64,000 nucleotides of DNA, from the NCBI GenBank assembly GCA_965238135.1, contig OZ250177.1, positions 3,045,593 to 3,109,592 on the forward strand, in the 5' to 3' direction. The stretch's first letter is position 1, and every line of letters starts with the position of its first letter. Positions 49,166-61,746 of this stretch are shown here, piece by piece. A model generated the notes under the pieces. That model saw nothing but the letters and a program-made list of their open reading frames with translations, had not been told where the DNA came from and made no database searches. This DNA comes from Candidatus Multivorans sp. Lineage in GTDB: Bacteria > Acidobacteriota > Thermoanaerobaculia > Multivoradales > Multivoraceae. A program made the position numbers and the translations under genes.

Positions 49166-49467
49166 ATGCACACTGCGACCGTCCTCAGATCACTCGCCCT
49201 CGCCGGGCTCACCGCAACGCTCGCCACTCTGCCGGCCGTTGCCGACGGCGACCGCGGCGCCCTGCTCGATCGCATCGACGCACTCTCACAACATCGCCGA
49301 GCCCGCACGACCTGGCTCGACTCGACCGGTCGGCCGAACTCATCGGGGCCAACCGCCGGTTCCTGGTCTCGCAGACGCCCGTTCCCGGCGGCGACGACAG
49401 CCGCGCTTCACACAACCTCGGCTCCTTCTCCCGCTGGCTGGTGGAGCGATTCGGCGGTCAGCGCTAA
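49166..49467 (+). pseudogene. Probable chimeric gene remnant: signal-peptide N-terminus joined out of frame to another gene's C-terminus
   Basis: MHTATVLRSLALAG..ALLDRIDAL, then a second frame with GC3-rich codons LTTSPSPHDLARLDRSAELIGANRRFLVS..FGGQR*. Confidence 0.4.
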
Positions 49468-49477
49468 GGGGCAACTC

Positions 49478-50878
49478 CTAGATGTGCCACTCGATCGTGT
49501 CGCCGTTGTAGTTCGTCGTCGCGCGCCGTGCGGGTGGTGACATCCGGCCGTCCTCCATCTCATCGCTCCAGCGCGCGAACGCCTCCTTCAGCGCCGCCAC
49601 GACCTCCGGGTTCGCGGCGGAGAGATCCTCGGACTCGCCCGGATCGCGGTCGACATCGTAGAGCCGCTCCAGGCCGCCAGCCATCAGGAGCTTCCAGGAA
49701 CCGTGCCGTACCGCGGCGTTCGGCCCCGAGCGCCAGAACAGGTACTCGTGCGGCGCGCCTTCCCCCTCGCCGGACAGGTACGGCAGCAGATCGACGCCGT
49801 CGAGCTGGTAGCCCTCTACGTTCGGAACCCCCGCCAGGCTCGCCGAGGTGGCGAAGATGTCGAGCGAGCTGATCGGGTGCTCGTTGACCATGCCCACGGG
49901 AATGCGGCCGGGGAAGCGCATCAGGAAGGGCACCCGGATGCCGCCCTCGTACAGGTTCCGCTTGTGGCCGATCAGGGGGCTGTTGTGGATCCGCTCGGTG
50001 TCCTGGGTCACCATCGCGCCGTTGTCGGCGGTGAAGATGACCAGGGTGTTGTCGCCGAGACCGTGCTCCTCGAGCTTGGCGAGGACCATGCCGACGGCGT
50101 CGTCGAGCGCACTGACCATGCCGGCGTAGACGCGACGGTACTGGTCGTCGAAGTCGGGGAAGCGCTGGTAGTGCTCGTCCATCACCTGCATCGGGGCGTG
50201 GGTCGCATAGAAGGCGAGGTAGAGGAAGAAGGGCCGGTCCTTGTTCCGATCGATGAACTCGACCCCCTCGCGGGCGAGTTGCGTGGTCTGGTACTCCTTC
50301 AGCTCGTCTTCCTCACGGCCCTTGAACATGGCGACGATGCGGTCCGGGTTTCCCCGTACTACCGGCTTCATCTCCAGCGCGTGGACGCCGGCCCAGTTCG
50401 GATCGATGTAGTTCATGCCCGAGGGCATGCCGTAGAAGTAGTCGAAGCCGCGGTCGAGCGGGTGGAGGAGCCGCCGCATCCCGAGCTGCCACTTGCCGAT
50501 CGCCGCGGTCGTGTAGCCGGCGGACTGGAGCGCGTTGGCGATCGTGCGGTGGTGGATGCCCAGCGTTCCCCGGGCGGCGCCGATCGGCGGCACGGTCTGG
50601 GAGTTCAACTCCTTGCCCCAGCGCTGCTGGTAGCGGCCGGTGATCAGGCCGTTGCGCGACGGGTTGCAGACCGGCGCGGTCATGTAGCCGGAGACGAAGC
50701 GCACCCCATCCTCGCCGAGCGAGTCGATGTTCGGCGTCGGGATGCTCGCGCCGCCGTAGGCCGAGACGGCGCCGTAGCCGAGGTCGTCGGCAAACAGCAG
50801 GACGATGTTCGGCGGATCCTCGGCTGACGCTGCCGTCGCCAGCAGGAAGGTCGAGAAGACGAGTGTGAGTCTCTTCAT
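49478..50878 (-). CDS. Secreted Cys-type sulfatase (arylsulfatase-like)
   Basis: Signal peptide, PNIVLLFADDLGY, CNPSR, GKWQLG, ADNG, KRNLYEGGIRVP. Confidence 0.93.
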   Translation of the reverse strand: MKRLTLVFSTFLLATAASAEDPPNIVLLFADDLGYGAVSAYGGASIPTPNIDSLGEDGVRFVSGYMTAPVCNPSRNGLITGRYQQRWGKELNSQTVPPIGAARGTLGIHHRTIANALQSAGYTTAAIGKWQLGMRRLLHPLDRGFDYFYGMPSGMNYIDPNWAGVHALEMKPVVRGNPDRIVAMFKGREEDELKEYQTTQLAREGVEFIDRNKDRPFFLYLAFYATHAPMQVMDEHYQRFPDFDDQYRRVYAGMVSALDDAVGMVLAKLEEHGLGDNTLVIFTADNGAMVTQDTERIHNSPLIGHKRNLYEGGIRVPFLMRFPGRIPVGMVNEHPISSLDIFATSASLAGVPNVEGYQLDGVDLLPYLSGEGEGAPHEYLFWRSGPNAAVRHGSWKLLMAGGLERLYDVDRDPGESEDLSAANPEVVAALKEAFARWSDEMEDGRMSPPARRATTNYNGDTIEWHI

Positions 50879-50992
50879 AGCGGCGGTCCCCCTTTGCTCC
50901 GTTCCTGCCGGGCGGGGGCCGACGCCTGAGCCGGCGACGCGTTCGCGCGCCCCGCCCGAATCTGATTCTGTGAGCAAGTACGATACCGCGCG

Positions 50993-53026
50993 ATGAAATC
51001 CAGACAACTGCCTCCGTACGCCGGCGCGCCGCTGGCGCTCGCGCTCCTGACCACCGCCTGTGGGCCAATGGACGAGGACTGGCCCGTCTATCTGGGCGAC
51101 TCGGGCCGCAGCCACTACAGCCCGCTCGAAGAGATCACTCGCGACAACGTCGGCCAACTCGAAGTGGCCTGGGTCTACGATTCCGGCGAGCCCCGCGGCG
51201 CCGGCGCGACGATGTACACGAGTCCCCTGGTCATCGACGGGGTGCTCTACGCGCTGTCGCCGCAGCTCGAAGCCTTCGCCCTGAACGCGGCGACCGGCGA
51301 GGAGATCTGGCGCTCCGATCTGGGTCTTCCCGGCAACGCCCAGCGGGGGCTGATGTGGTGGGAGAAGGGCCGCGACAGGCGCCTCTTCTTCACCCACGGC
51401 AACTCCCTGATCGCGCTCAACGCTGCGGACGGCAAGCCGGTCGAGAGCTTCGGCGACGGCGGCGGCCTCGACCTGACGCCGGCCGTCGACAGGCAGGGGC
51501 GCATCTACATCACCGTGCCCGGCGTCGTGTTCGAGGACAAGCTGATCTTCGGCTTCTCGACCAACGAGGACGCGAACGCCTTCCCCGGTTCGATTCGGGC
51601 CTTCAGCGCCGTCGACGGAAGCCCGGTGTGGCAGTTCGACACGATTCCGGCCCCCGGCGACCCCGGCTCCGAGACCTGGGCGGAAGGATCGCTCGAGCGC
51701 GCCGGCGGAGCGAACGTGTGGAGCGGCATGGCGCTCGACGAGGAGCGCGGCATCCTCTTCGCACCGACCGGATCGGCGACACCCGACTTCTACGGCGCGA
51801 ACCGCCTCGGCGACAACCTGTTCTCCGACTCCCTGGTAGCCATCGACGCGCGAAACGGTGAACTCCTTTGGCACTTCCAGGTCGTCCGCCACGACCTCTG
51901 GGACAAGGACAATCCGTCGCCGCCGACCCTGGTCCAGCTCGAGCGCGACGGCGGCGTCATCGACGCGGTCGCGATCACGACCAAGACGGGGCAATTGTTC
52001 GTGTTCGACCGGGAGACTGGCGAGTCGATGTATCCCATCCACGACATCCAGACGCCGATTCCCAGCACCCTGCCGGGTGAGGTGACGGCGCCGAGTCAGC
52101 CGGATTCGGCCGTGAAGATCAGCCGCCAGGACTTCGAGATCACGAACCGTACCGAAGAGGCGCGCAAGTTCGTCGAGGAGCGGATCAAGGACTGGGATCT
52201 GAGGCCCTGGGCGCCGCCCAAGGTCGGCACGGTGCTCTTCACGCCGTGGTACGACGGCGGCGGCGAGTGGGGCGGCTCGGCATTCGATCCGAACACCAAC
52301 CACCTGATCGTGAATGCGAACGATGTCGCCGGCATTCTGAATCTCACCGAGGCGCCCGTCGGCTTCAGCCGGTACGGCGCCTATGCGCGCCACTGCGGCC
52401 GTTGCCACGGCCTGAAGCTCGAGGGCACCGACATGGCGGCCCCCCTGCTCGGCGTGGGCGAGCGCATGGAGCTGGCCGAGATTCGCCGCATCGTCCGCGA
52501 GGGCAGCGGCCGCATGGAGGGGTTCGACCATCTCAACCGGGTCGAGCTCGGCGCCATCGAGGCGTACATCCTCGATCCGGAACCGGAGGTCGACGAACCC
52601 ATAGGCGAAGTCGCCTACGTCCTCGGCGGTTACGTCTACCTGCGCGACCACGAGAACCTTCCCGGCAACGCGCCGCCCTGGGGCACGCTGAACTCGATAG
52701 ACTTGGCTACCGGCGAGATCGCCTGGAAGGTGCCGTTCGGCGACTACCCGTCGCACCCCGGCCTCGGCTTCGGCGCCGTGAACTACGGCGGGCCGGTGGT
52801 CACCGCCTCCGGCCTCATCTTCATCGGCGCGACGCCGGACGAGAAGTTCCGCGCCTACGACACGCGCAACGGCGAGATCCTGTGGGAGACCAAGCTGTCC
52901 GCGGCGGGCTACGCGACCCCGGCCGTCTACAGCACAGGCGGCAAGCAGTACGTGGCGATTGCCGCGGGAGGCGGTCGGACGGGCGGGCCCTCGGGCGCCG
53001 ACTACTTCGCGTTCAGCCTGCCCTGA
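50993..53026 (+). CDS. PQQ-dependent dehydrogenase lipoprotein with internal cytochrome c domain
   Basis: LTTAC lipobox, YSPLEEIT..NV, GGANVW, HDLWDKD, CGRCH heme motif, PPWGTL, GGPVVTASG. Confidence 0.88.
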   Translation: MKSRQLPPYAGAPLALALLTTACGPMDEDWPVYLGDSGRSHYSPLEEITRDNVGQLEVAWVYDSGEPRGAGATMYTSPLVIDGVLYALSPQLEAFALNAATGEEIWRSDLGLPGNAQRGLMWWEKGRDRRLFFTHGNSLIALNAADGKPVESFGDGGGLDLTPAVDRQGRIYITVPGVVFEDKLIFGFSTNEDANAFPGSIRAFSAVDGSPVWQFDTIPAPGDPGSETWAEGSLERAGGANVWSGMALDEERGILFAPTGSATPDFYGANRLGDNLFSDSLVAIDARNGELLWHFQVVRHDLWDKDNPSPPTLVQLERDGGVIDAVAITTKTGQLFVFDRETGESMYPIHDIQTPIPSTLPGEVTAPSQPDSAVKISRQDFEITNRTEEARKFVEERIKDWDLRPWAPPKVGTVLFTPWYDGGGEWGGSAFDPNTNHLIVNANDVAGILNLTEAPVGFSRYGAYARHCGRCHGLKLEGTDMAAPLLGVGERMELAEIRRIVREGSGRMEGFDHLNRVELGAIEAYILDPEPEVDEPIGEVAYVLGGYVYLRDHENLPGNAPPWGTLNSIDLATGEIAWKVPFGDYPSHPGLGFGAVNYGGPVVTASGLIFIGATPDEKFRAYDTRNGEILWETKLSAAGYATPAVYSTGGKQYVAIAAGGGRTGGPSGADYFAFSLP

Positions 53027-53178
53027 GCCGGAAGCAGCATTTCTAGCTTGCTCCCGGGTAAAGATGCGGGTGTTTTACCCACTCGCACCACGAATCACCG
53101 GCTAGTTCCTTCCTAGGGTGGATCGCCGCACAATGCTAGGCCGCGCCCGGGGTAGCGTCGCCAGACCGCAGCCGTCGA

Positions 53179-55221
53179 TCAGCCGGCGAGCAGCCGCCGC
53201 GCGCGTGCCGCGATCGCGGTCGCGTTGAGCCCCAGGTTCTCGACCAGGGCGCTGTACGGCGCGGAGGCACCGAAGCGGTCGAGTCCGAGCACGTCGCCCT
53301 CGGTGCCGGTCCACCGTTCCCAGCCGAGCGTTGCCGCGGCCTCGACGGCGAGCCGGCGGCGGACGGAGGGCGGCAGCACTTCGTCCCGGTAGGACTGCGG
53401 CTGCGCCGCGAAGGCCTCCCAGGAGGGCATGCTGACGACCCGGACCGACCGGCCTTCGGCCGTAAGCTCCGCCGCCGCCTCCAGCGTGGGGGCGACCTCG
53501 GAGCCGGTGGCGAGCAGGATGATCTCTGGCTCGGCGCCGCCATAGGCGAGGACGTAGGCGCCGCGGGCGACGCCTTCGAGCGCCCCTTCGGCGGCCGCCT
53601 CGAGCACGGGCAGCTTCTGGCGGGTGAGGATCAGGGCGCAGGGACCCGGTGTCTCGAGCGCGAGGGCCCAGGCGGCGGCGGTCTCGTTCGCGTCGGCCGG
53701 ACGGACGACGACGAGCCCCGGCACCGCGCGCAGGTGCGCCAGGTGCTCGATCGGCTGGTGGGTCGGTCCGTCCTCGCCCAGGAACACCGAGTCGTGGGTG
53801 AACACGTAGATCGTCCGGAGCTCCATCAACGCCGCGAGGCGGAGGCTGGGCTTCAGGTAGTCGAGGAAGCAGAGGAAGGTGCCGCCGTAGGGGCGGAACA
53901 GACCGGATAGCGCGAGACCGTTCATCGCCGCGGCCATCGCGTGTTCGCGCACTCCGAATCGGAAGTGGCGCGTCGGCGCGCCGGCGGCGTAGTCGCCTTC
54001 GCCTTCGAGCAGGGTGTTGTTCGAGCCGGTCAGGTCCGCCGAACCGCCGGCGAGCTCCGGCACCAGGTCCTTCAGCGCGTTCAGGGTGGCGCCGGAGGCG
54101 GAGCGGGTGGCGACCGGGCCGGATGCCGGATCGAAGCGGGGCAGCGCGTCGCGCCAACCGTCCGGCAGCACAACGGCAAGACGGCGCTCGAGTTCGGCCG
54201 CCGCTTCGGGGTGCTCACGGCGGTAGGCCTCAAGCAGCCGGCCCCACTCGGCCGCGGCGTCGCGGCCGAAGTCGGCCGCCGGCGCGAAGGCCGCGCGGGC
54301 CGCGTCGGGCACCAGGAACTCGGGCGCCAGCGGCCAGCCCAGGGCCTCCTTGGTTGCCACGACTTCGTCCGCCCCCAGGGGCGCGCCGTGGGACGCCGCA
54401 CTGTCCTGCTTGGTCGGACTGCCGTAGCCAATGTGGGTGCTGACCCGGATCAGGGTCGGGCGAGCCGTCTCCGCCAGCGCCGCGTCGTAGGCCGCGGCGA
54501 GAGCCTCGATGTCGTTGCCGTCGTCGACGGACTGGGTGTGCCAGCCGTAGGCTTCGTAGCGGGCGACCACGTCTTCCGTGAAGCTCAGGTCGGTCGGACC
54601 GTCGATCGTGATCCGGTTCGCGTCGTACAGCACGTTGAGCTTGCCGAGCCCGAGGTGGCCGGCCATCGAGCAGGCCTCGGAGGCGACGCCCTCCATCAGG
54701 TCGCCGTCGCTGGCCAGCACCCAGGTGCGGTGATCGAACAGGGTGTAGCCGGGACGGTTGAAGCGGGCCGCGAGCAGTTGCTCGGCGATCGCCATGCCGA
54801 CTGCCGCCGAGATGCCCTGGCCGAGCGGGCCTGTGGTCACCTCGACGCCCGACGTCAGGCCGTGCTCGGGGTGTCCCGGGGTGAGCGAACCGTACTGCCG
54901 GAAGTTCCGGATTTCCTCGATGCTCAGGTCGTAGCCAGCCAGGTGCAGGAGCCCGTAGATCAGCGCCGATGCGTGGCCGCAGGAGAGCACGAAGCGGTCC
55001 CGGTTCGGCCACTGGGGATCCTGGGGCGCGAAACGCAGATAGCGAGTCCACAGCAGGGCTGCCATCGCCGCCTGGCCCATCGGCGCGCCGGGGTGGCCGC
55101 TGTTCGCCCGTTCGACCATGTCGACGGCCAGAAAGCGCAGCGTGTCCGTCGCCACGTCCAGCGGCGAACGGTGCGGAGGCGCTCCGGCGTCGGACGTTCC
55201 GGCGGCCTCTAGCTCACTCAT
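53179..55221 (-). CDS. tkt: Transketolase
   Basis: [40 protein letters not shown]. Confidence 0.97.
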   Translation of the reverse strand: MSELEAAGTSDAGAPPHRSPLDVATDTLRFLAVDMVERANSGHPGAPMGQAAMAALLWTRYLRFAPQDPQWPNRDRFVLSCGHASALIYGLLHLAGYDLSIEEIRNFRQYGSLTPGHPEHGLTSGVEVTTGPLGQGISAAVGMAIAEQLLAARFNRPGYTLFDHRTWVLASDGDLMEGVASEACSMAGHLGLGKLNVLYDANRITIDGPTDLSFTEDVVARYEAYGWHTQSVDDGNDIEALAAAYDAALAETARPTLIRVSTHIGYGSPTKQDSAASHGAPLGADEVVATKEALGWPLAPEFLVPDAARAAFAPAADFGRDAAAEWGRLLEAYRREHPEAAAELERRLAVVLPDGWRDALPRFDPASGPVATRSASGATLNALKDLVPELAGGSADLTGSNNTLLEGEGDYAAGAPTRHFRFGVREHAMAAAMNGLALSGLFRPYGGTFLCFLDYLKPSLRLAALMELRTIYVFTHDSVFLGEDGPTHQPIEHLAHLRAVPGLVVVRPADANETAAAWALALETPGPCALILTRQKLPVLEAAAEGALEGVARGAYVLAYGGAEPEIILLATGSEVAPTLEAAAELTAEGRSVRVVSMPSWEAFAAQPQSYRDEVLPPSVRRRLAVEAAATLGWERWTGTEGDVLGLDRFGASAPYSALVENLGLNATAIAARARRLLAG

Positions 55222-55383
55222 CGACGCGTGGTACTCGGGAGGTCGTCAGCTAGCAGCGTGCGCGGCAGGAAGTTCGGCGTACCCCATGTTCTGTGGCGCA
55301 CGCTCCTAACGGGCGGTGGCGTGGCGAAGGGCCGGTCAAGCGGCACCAAGCATACTTCGACCAGTTCCGGAACACCGCCGCCG

Positions 55384-55905
55384 CTACGGCCTCGAATCGA
55401 GGTAACGGTCAACGGCCTTCTCGAGCGCCGAGCTGCGCAAGCCATTCTCCTTGGCAAGGGCACGGGCCTCTTCGCGGTCGACGCCCTTCCCGGCGACCAG
55501 GTAGGCGTAGTACAGAGCGCCGACCCGGTTGCCCGAGGCGCAGTGAACGAGGGTCGGACCCTCGAGCTTCTTCATCGTTTCGATGAACCGCTCGAAGGTC
55601 CCCGGCTGAGTGAGCCGTTCCCCGTCGACGGGCAGGTTCACGTACGGAACGTCCAGGTTCTGCAAGGCCGCGGGCTCGTCGTAGCCGCGGTCCTCGCCCT
55701 CGGCGCGCAGATCCACGACGAAGGCCAGGCCGTCCGTCGCCATCGCCTCGAGCTGCGCCTCGGTCGGCTGGCCGCCGAAGAGGACGTCCGGTTCCGGGTA
55801 CTTCGCGTTGAGCAGGCCGTGGTCCTTCTTCTCGGCGGCGGCTGCGAGCGCGACGAGAACCAGGGCTACGGTCGCCACCGCGGCGGCAATCGAAGAGTGG
55901 CGCAT
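55384..55905 (-). CDS. Secreted DUF442/PTP-like (Blh-like) domain protein
   Basis: Signal peptide, GGQPT, VVDLR, HCASGNR; ATG overlaps sufT stop (TGATG). Confidence 0.75.
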   Translation of the reverse strand: MRHSSIAAAVATVALVLVALAAAAEKKDHGLLNAKYPEPDVLFGGQPTEAQLEAMATDGLAFVVDLRAEGEDRGYDEPAALQNLDVPYVNLPVDGERLTQPGTFERFIETMKKLEGPTLVHCASGNRVGALYYAYLVAGKGVDREEARALAKENGLRSSALEKAVDRYLDSRP

Positions 55906-56246
55906 CAGAAGAACCCCAATTCGAGTTTCGCGGCTTCGCTCATCATCGCTGGATTCCAGGTCGGGTCCCACACGACCTCGACCTTGGCGTCGTCGACCCC
56001 CTCGACGCCGCGCACGGTCCGTTCGACATCGCCCGGCAACGACTCGGCGACCGGGCAGTGCGGCGAGGTCAGGGTCATCTGCAGCTTGACGTGGGCGTTC
56101 GCATCGATGCTCACGTCGTAGATCAGGCCGAGTTCATAGATGTCGACCGGGATTTCCGGGTCGTAGACCGTCTTGAGGGCCTCGACGATCCTGGCTTCCA
56201 GATCGGCCGCCGTCGAGGGCGTCATGGTTGCTGCCGCCTTGTCCAT
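55905..56246 (-). CDS. sufT: SufT/DUF59 Fe-S assembly protein
   Basis: VYDPEIPVDIYELGLIY, MTLTSPHCP, MSEAAKLELG. Confidence 0.9.
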   Translation of the reverse strand: MDKAAATMTPSTAADLEARIVEALKTVYDPEIPVDIYELGLIYDVSIDANAHVKLQMTLTSPHCPVAESLPGDVERTVRGVEGVDDAKVEVVWDPTWNPAMMSEAAKLELGFF

Positions 56247-56281
56247 TGTGGGTTCCTCCGTTCTGCCTCGACGCGGCCACC

Positions 56282-56737
56282 TCATTCGGTGGAAACCGCC
56301 TCGGCGTCGCCGCCGGCGAGCGCCGCCCGTAGAGCATGCCACGCCAGGGTCGCGCACTTGATCCGTACCGGATAGTCCTTGACGCCGTTCAGAACCTCCA
56401 GTTTGCCGAGCTCGACGCCTTCGCCCGGTTCACTCTCGCCGGTCATGAGCGCCAGGAAGGTCGAGAGCAGCGCCTCCGCCTGCGCGCGTTCCAGCCCGAG
56501 CACCGCCTCCGTCATCAACGAGGCCGAGGCGGTCGAGATCGCACACCCCACGCCTTCGAAGCTCAAGCCCTCGACGCGGTCGCCGTCGGTCTGCAGGTAC
56601 ACCTTGACCTTGTCGCCGCACAGCGGGTTGTAGCCCTCGGCGCAGCTCGACACGGGTTCCAGCGCACCGAAGTTTCGCGGCGCCCGGTAGTGGTCGAGGA
56701 TGACCTGCTGGTAGAGATCGCGGAGATCCGACATCAC
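56282..56737 (-). CDS. sufU: SUF system NifU-family protein
   Basis: LYQQVILDHY, NPLCGD, GCAISTASAS, PVRIKCATLAW. Confidence 0.93.
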   Translation of the reverse strand: MMSDLRDLYQQVILDHYRAPRNFGALEPVSSCAEGYNPLCGDKVKVYLQTDGDRVEGLSFEGVGCAISTASASLMTEAVLGLERAQAEALLSTFLALMTGESEPGEGVELGKLEVLNGVKDYPVRIKCATLAWHALRAALAGGDAEAVSTE

Positions 56738-56757
56738 TTCCTACCTACGTACGCCGC

Positions 56758-58053
56758 TCAGCCGAAGATCCGCCGCACTTCGTGCAGCCCGGAGGTCAGC
56801 CGGTCGACTTCTTCATGGGTGTTGTACATCCCGAACGAGGCCCGCACCGTGGCCGGGACACCGAGCCGCTCCATCAGCGGCTGGGCGCAGTGATGACCGG
56901 CCCGGATAGCGATCCCCTGCTCGTCGAGGATGGTTGCCGCATCGTGGGGGTGTGCGCCGTCAACCACCAGGGACACGACGGCGGCCCGCGCCGACCCGTC
57001 TCCGGCGCCCTGCCCCAGGACCCGCAGCCAGGGCAGCTCGTCCAGTTGTTCCAGAGTGTGGGAAAGAAGCTCCTGCTCGTGTTGCTCGATCCGCTCCAGG
57101 CCGATCGACTCCAGGAACTCGACCGCGACGCCGAGCCCGATAGCCGGCGCGATGGCGGGCGTACCCGCCTCGAACCGGTGGGGCGGCACCGTGTACTCGG
57201 TGCGGTCGAACGTCACCCTGGTGATCATCGCGCCGCCTCCATGGTAGGGCGGCATCGAAGCCAGCAACTCGCCGCGGCCCCACAGCGCGCCAATGCCGCC
57301 GGGGCCGTACATCTTGTGGCCGGAGAAGGCGTAGAAGTCGCAGCCGAGCGCGGACACGTCGACCTCCATGTGCGGCACGGCCTGCGCCCCATCGACGACC
57401 ACGGCCGCGTTGGAGCGGGCGCGCGCCAGACGGGCGACGGCGGCGATGTCGTTCACGGTGCCCAAGGCGTTGGAGACGTGGGTCACCGCGACGACCTTCG
57501 TGCGCTCCGTGATCAGGCCGGCCATCGCCGCGAGGTCGAGTTCGCCGTCGTCCGTAATCGGCGCCGCCCGCACCCTCGCGCCGGTCTGCTGGCAGGCAAG
57601 CTGCCAGGGGACGATGTTCGAGTGGTGCTCCATCTCGGTGAGCAGCACCTCGTCGCCCGGACCGAGCCGCGGCCGGGCATAGCTCTGGGCGACCAGGTTG
57701 AGGCTCTCCGTGGTGCCGCGGGTGAAGATCACCTCGCCGCTGTTCGCGGCGCCGATGAAGCGTGCGACCTTGCCGCGGGCCGCCTCGTAGGCGTCGGTCG
57801 ATCGCTCCGACAGCGCGTGGACGCCGCGGTGGGCGTTCGCGTAGTAGGTGCGGTAGCAGTCGCTGACCGCGTCTATCACGGCCTCCGGACGCTGGGAGCT
57901 GGCGGCGTTGTCGAGGTAGACCAGCGGGTGGCCGTGGACCTCCTGCGCGAGGATCGGAAACTGCGAGCGCAGCCGCTCGACATCGAAGCCGCGGGCCGTA
58001 GCGGCGGCCGCAGCCGGTCGCTGCCGATTTGCCGCTAGCGCCGGGGCCGTCAT
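56758..58053 (-). CDS. sufS: Cysteine desulfurase
   Basis: YLDNAASSQ, EHHSNIVPW, SGHK, RAGHHCAQPL. Confidence 0.96.
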   Translation of the reverse strand: MTAPALAANRQRPAAAAATARGFDVERLRSQFPILAQEVHGHPLVYLDNAASSQRPEAVIDAVSDCYRTYYANAHRGVHALSERSTDAYEAARGKVARFIGAANSGEVIFTRGTTESLNLVAQSYARPRLGPGDEVLLTEMEHHSNIVPWQLACQQTGARVRAAPITDDGELDLAAMAGLITERTKVVAVTHVSNALGTVNDIAAVARLARARSNAAVVVDGAQAVPHMEVDVSALGCDFYAFSGHKMYGPGGIGALWGRGELLASMPPYHGGGAMITRVTFDRTEYTVPPHRFEAGTPAIAPAIGLGVAVEFLESIGLERIEQHEQELLSHTLEQLDELPWLRVLGQGAGDGSARAAVVSLVVDGAHPHDAATILDEQGIAIRAGHHCAQPLMERLGVPATVRASFGMYNTHEEVDRLTSGLHEVRRIFG

Positions 58054-58057
58054 CGGC

Positions 58058-59437
58058 TCAGCCGCCCCGTCCGTTGCCCGAACCGCCGTTCAGGCTCCTG
58101 AACAGACGACCCTCCAAGTCCTGCCGGAGCGGCTCGAAGGAGGCCTTCTCGACCAGTTCCCGGGCGAACGCGTAGACGAGCATGCGGTGGGCCTCCTCGC
58201 GAGGGATACCGCGGGAGCGCAGGTAGAAGAGCGCGTCCTCGTCCAGGCGGCCGATCGTCGAACCGTGGGTGCAGCGCACGTCGTCGGCGAAGATCTCGAG
58301 CTGGGGGTTGCTGTTGGCGAGCGCGCTCTTCGAGAGCAGGAGATTGCGGTTCGTCTGCTTGGCGTCCGTCTTCTGCGCGGCCCGGTGGACATAGATACGG
58401 CCGTTGAACACGGAGCGCGCCCGATCGTCGAGCACGCCCTTGTAGAGCTGGTGGCTGGTCCCGTTCGGCTGCCGGTGCTCGACCCGCATGTGGTTGTCCA
58501 TGAACTGCGAGCCGGCGGCGACGTAGAGACCGTCCAGGGTGCAGTCCGCGCCCTCGCCGTCCAGCAGGGCCACGGTGTCGTTTCGCACCAATGCCCCGCC
58601 GAAGGCCAGCGACGAGGAATCGAAAGACGCCGCGCGATCCACGCGCGCGTGCTGAAAGGCGAGGTGGAACGCGGAGAGCGCATCGGCCTGAAGCCTGGTG
58701 TGGTGGAGCACCGCCCCGGCCTCGCAGACGATCTCCGCCGCCGGGCACACGAAGTAGCGCCCGGCGCCGGCGCCGGCAGCGGCGAACGTCTCGATGATCG
58801 ACGCCTGGCTGTTCTCACCGGCGAGCACCAGCAGGCGCGGGAAGCTGACCTCGACCGTTTCGGCCGCGGCATCGCCGGCCCCGGGAGCGCTGAGCCAGAG
58901 CACATGGAGCGGCCGTTCGAGCACCACGCCCGCCGGGATCTCGATCACCGCGCCATCCTCGAACAGGGCGGTGTTGAGCGCCGCGAACGGATGCACGCCG
59001 GCGTCCGCGCTGCAGGAGGCGCGGCCATCGACCGCCATGCCCAGGTGCTCCGCCACGACCTCCGCGGCGCGGCCCGCCGCCGGCAGACCGGCGATGGCGG
59101 CCGCTGTACCCCGCGCCGGCGGCGAGGACAGGGCCTCGTCGTAGCGGCCGTTGATGAACACCAACCGGTCGCATCCCGGGTAGAGGTACGGCTGCAACTC
59201 CACCGCTTCCAGCGCCCGTGGCGAGGCCGGGGCCGACGCCGCGCGCACCAGCGGGCCGACGTTCGTCTGCCGCCAGTCCTCGTTGCCGCGGCCAGGGAAT
59301 CCGGTCGCCTCGAAGCGCTCGATCGCTTCACGCCGCAGCGTCTGTACGCGCTCCGCTTCGCCGGCCCGTTCGCCCCGGCGGGCGAACAAGTCCAAGTAGG
59401 GAGTGCTGGTGGTGCTCTTGGTTGCTTCGACGGTCAC
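58058..59437 (-). CDS. sufD: Fe-S cluster assembly protein SufD
   Basis: EDWRQT, AQKTDAKQTNRNLLLS, PQLEIFADDVRCTHG, FYLRSRGI. Confidence 0.95.
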   Translation of the reverse strand: MTVEATKSTTSTPYLDLFARRGERAGEAERVQTLRREAIERFEATGFPGRGNEDWRQTNVGPLVRAASAPASPRALEAVELQPYLYPGCDRLVFINGRYDEALSSPPARGTAAAIAGLPAAGRAAEVVAEHLGMAVDGRASCSADAGVHPFAALNTALFEDGAVIEIPAGVVLERPLHVLWLSAPGAGDAAAETVEVSFPRLLVLAGENSQASIIETFAAAGAGAGRYFVCPAAEIVCEAGAVLHHTRLQADALSAFHLAFQHARVDRAASFDSSSLAFGGALVRNDTVALLDGEGADCTLDGLYVAAGSQFMDNHMRVEHRQPNGTSHQLYKGVLDDRARSVFNGRIYVHRAAQKTDAKQTNRNLLLSKSALANSNPQLEIFADDVRCTHGSTIGRLDEDALFYLRSRGIPREEAHRMLVYAFARELVEKASFEPLRQDLEGRLFRSLNGGSGNGRGG

Positions 59438-59462
59438 GGTTCGGTCCTCGCCATCCCCCGGC

Positions 59463-60218
<756 letters not shown>

Positions 60219-60297
60219 TGCTGTATCTCTCCGTGCGGCGGTCGGGCAGAGCCGGTGCGCCGCGTTGGGGGTTCCGACTGTAGGCTGCTCCGATCGG

Positions 60298-61745
<1,448 letters not shown>

Positions 61746-61746
<1 letters not shown>

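Noticed and set aside
49478-52756. 1092-aa minus-strand ORF and other very long antisense ORFs (24571-27123, 37182-39941, 41801-44191, 13444-15663)
   Set aside because: Shadow ORFs of high-GC genes on the opposite strand; only 49478-50878 (sulfatase) is real.
53046-53145. AT-richer stretch with a short inverted repeat (GGGTAAAG/TTTTACCC) between convergent genes
   Set aside because: Stem is short and has no clear U-tract; cannot distinguish a terminator from a remnant.
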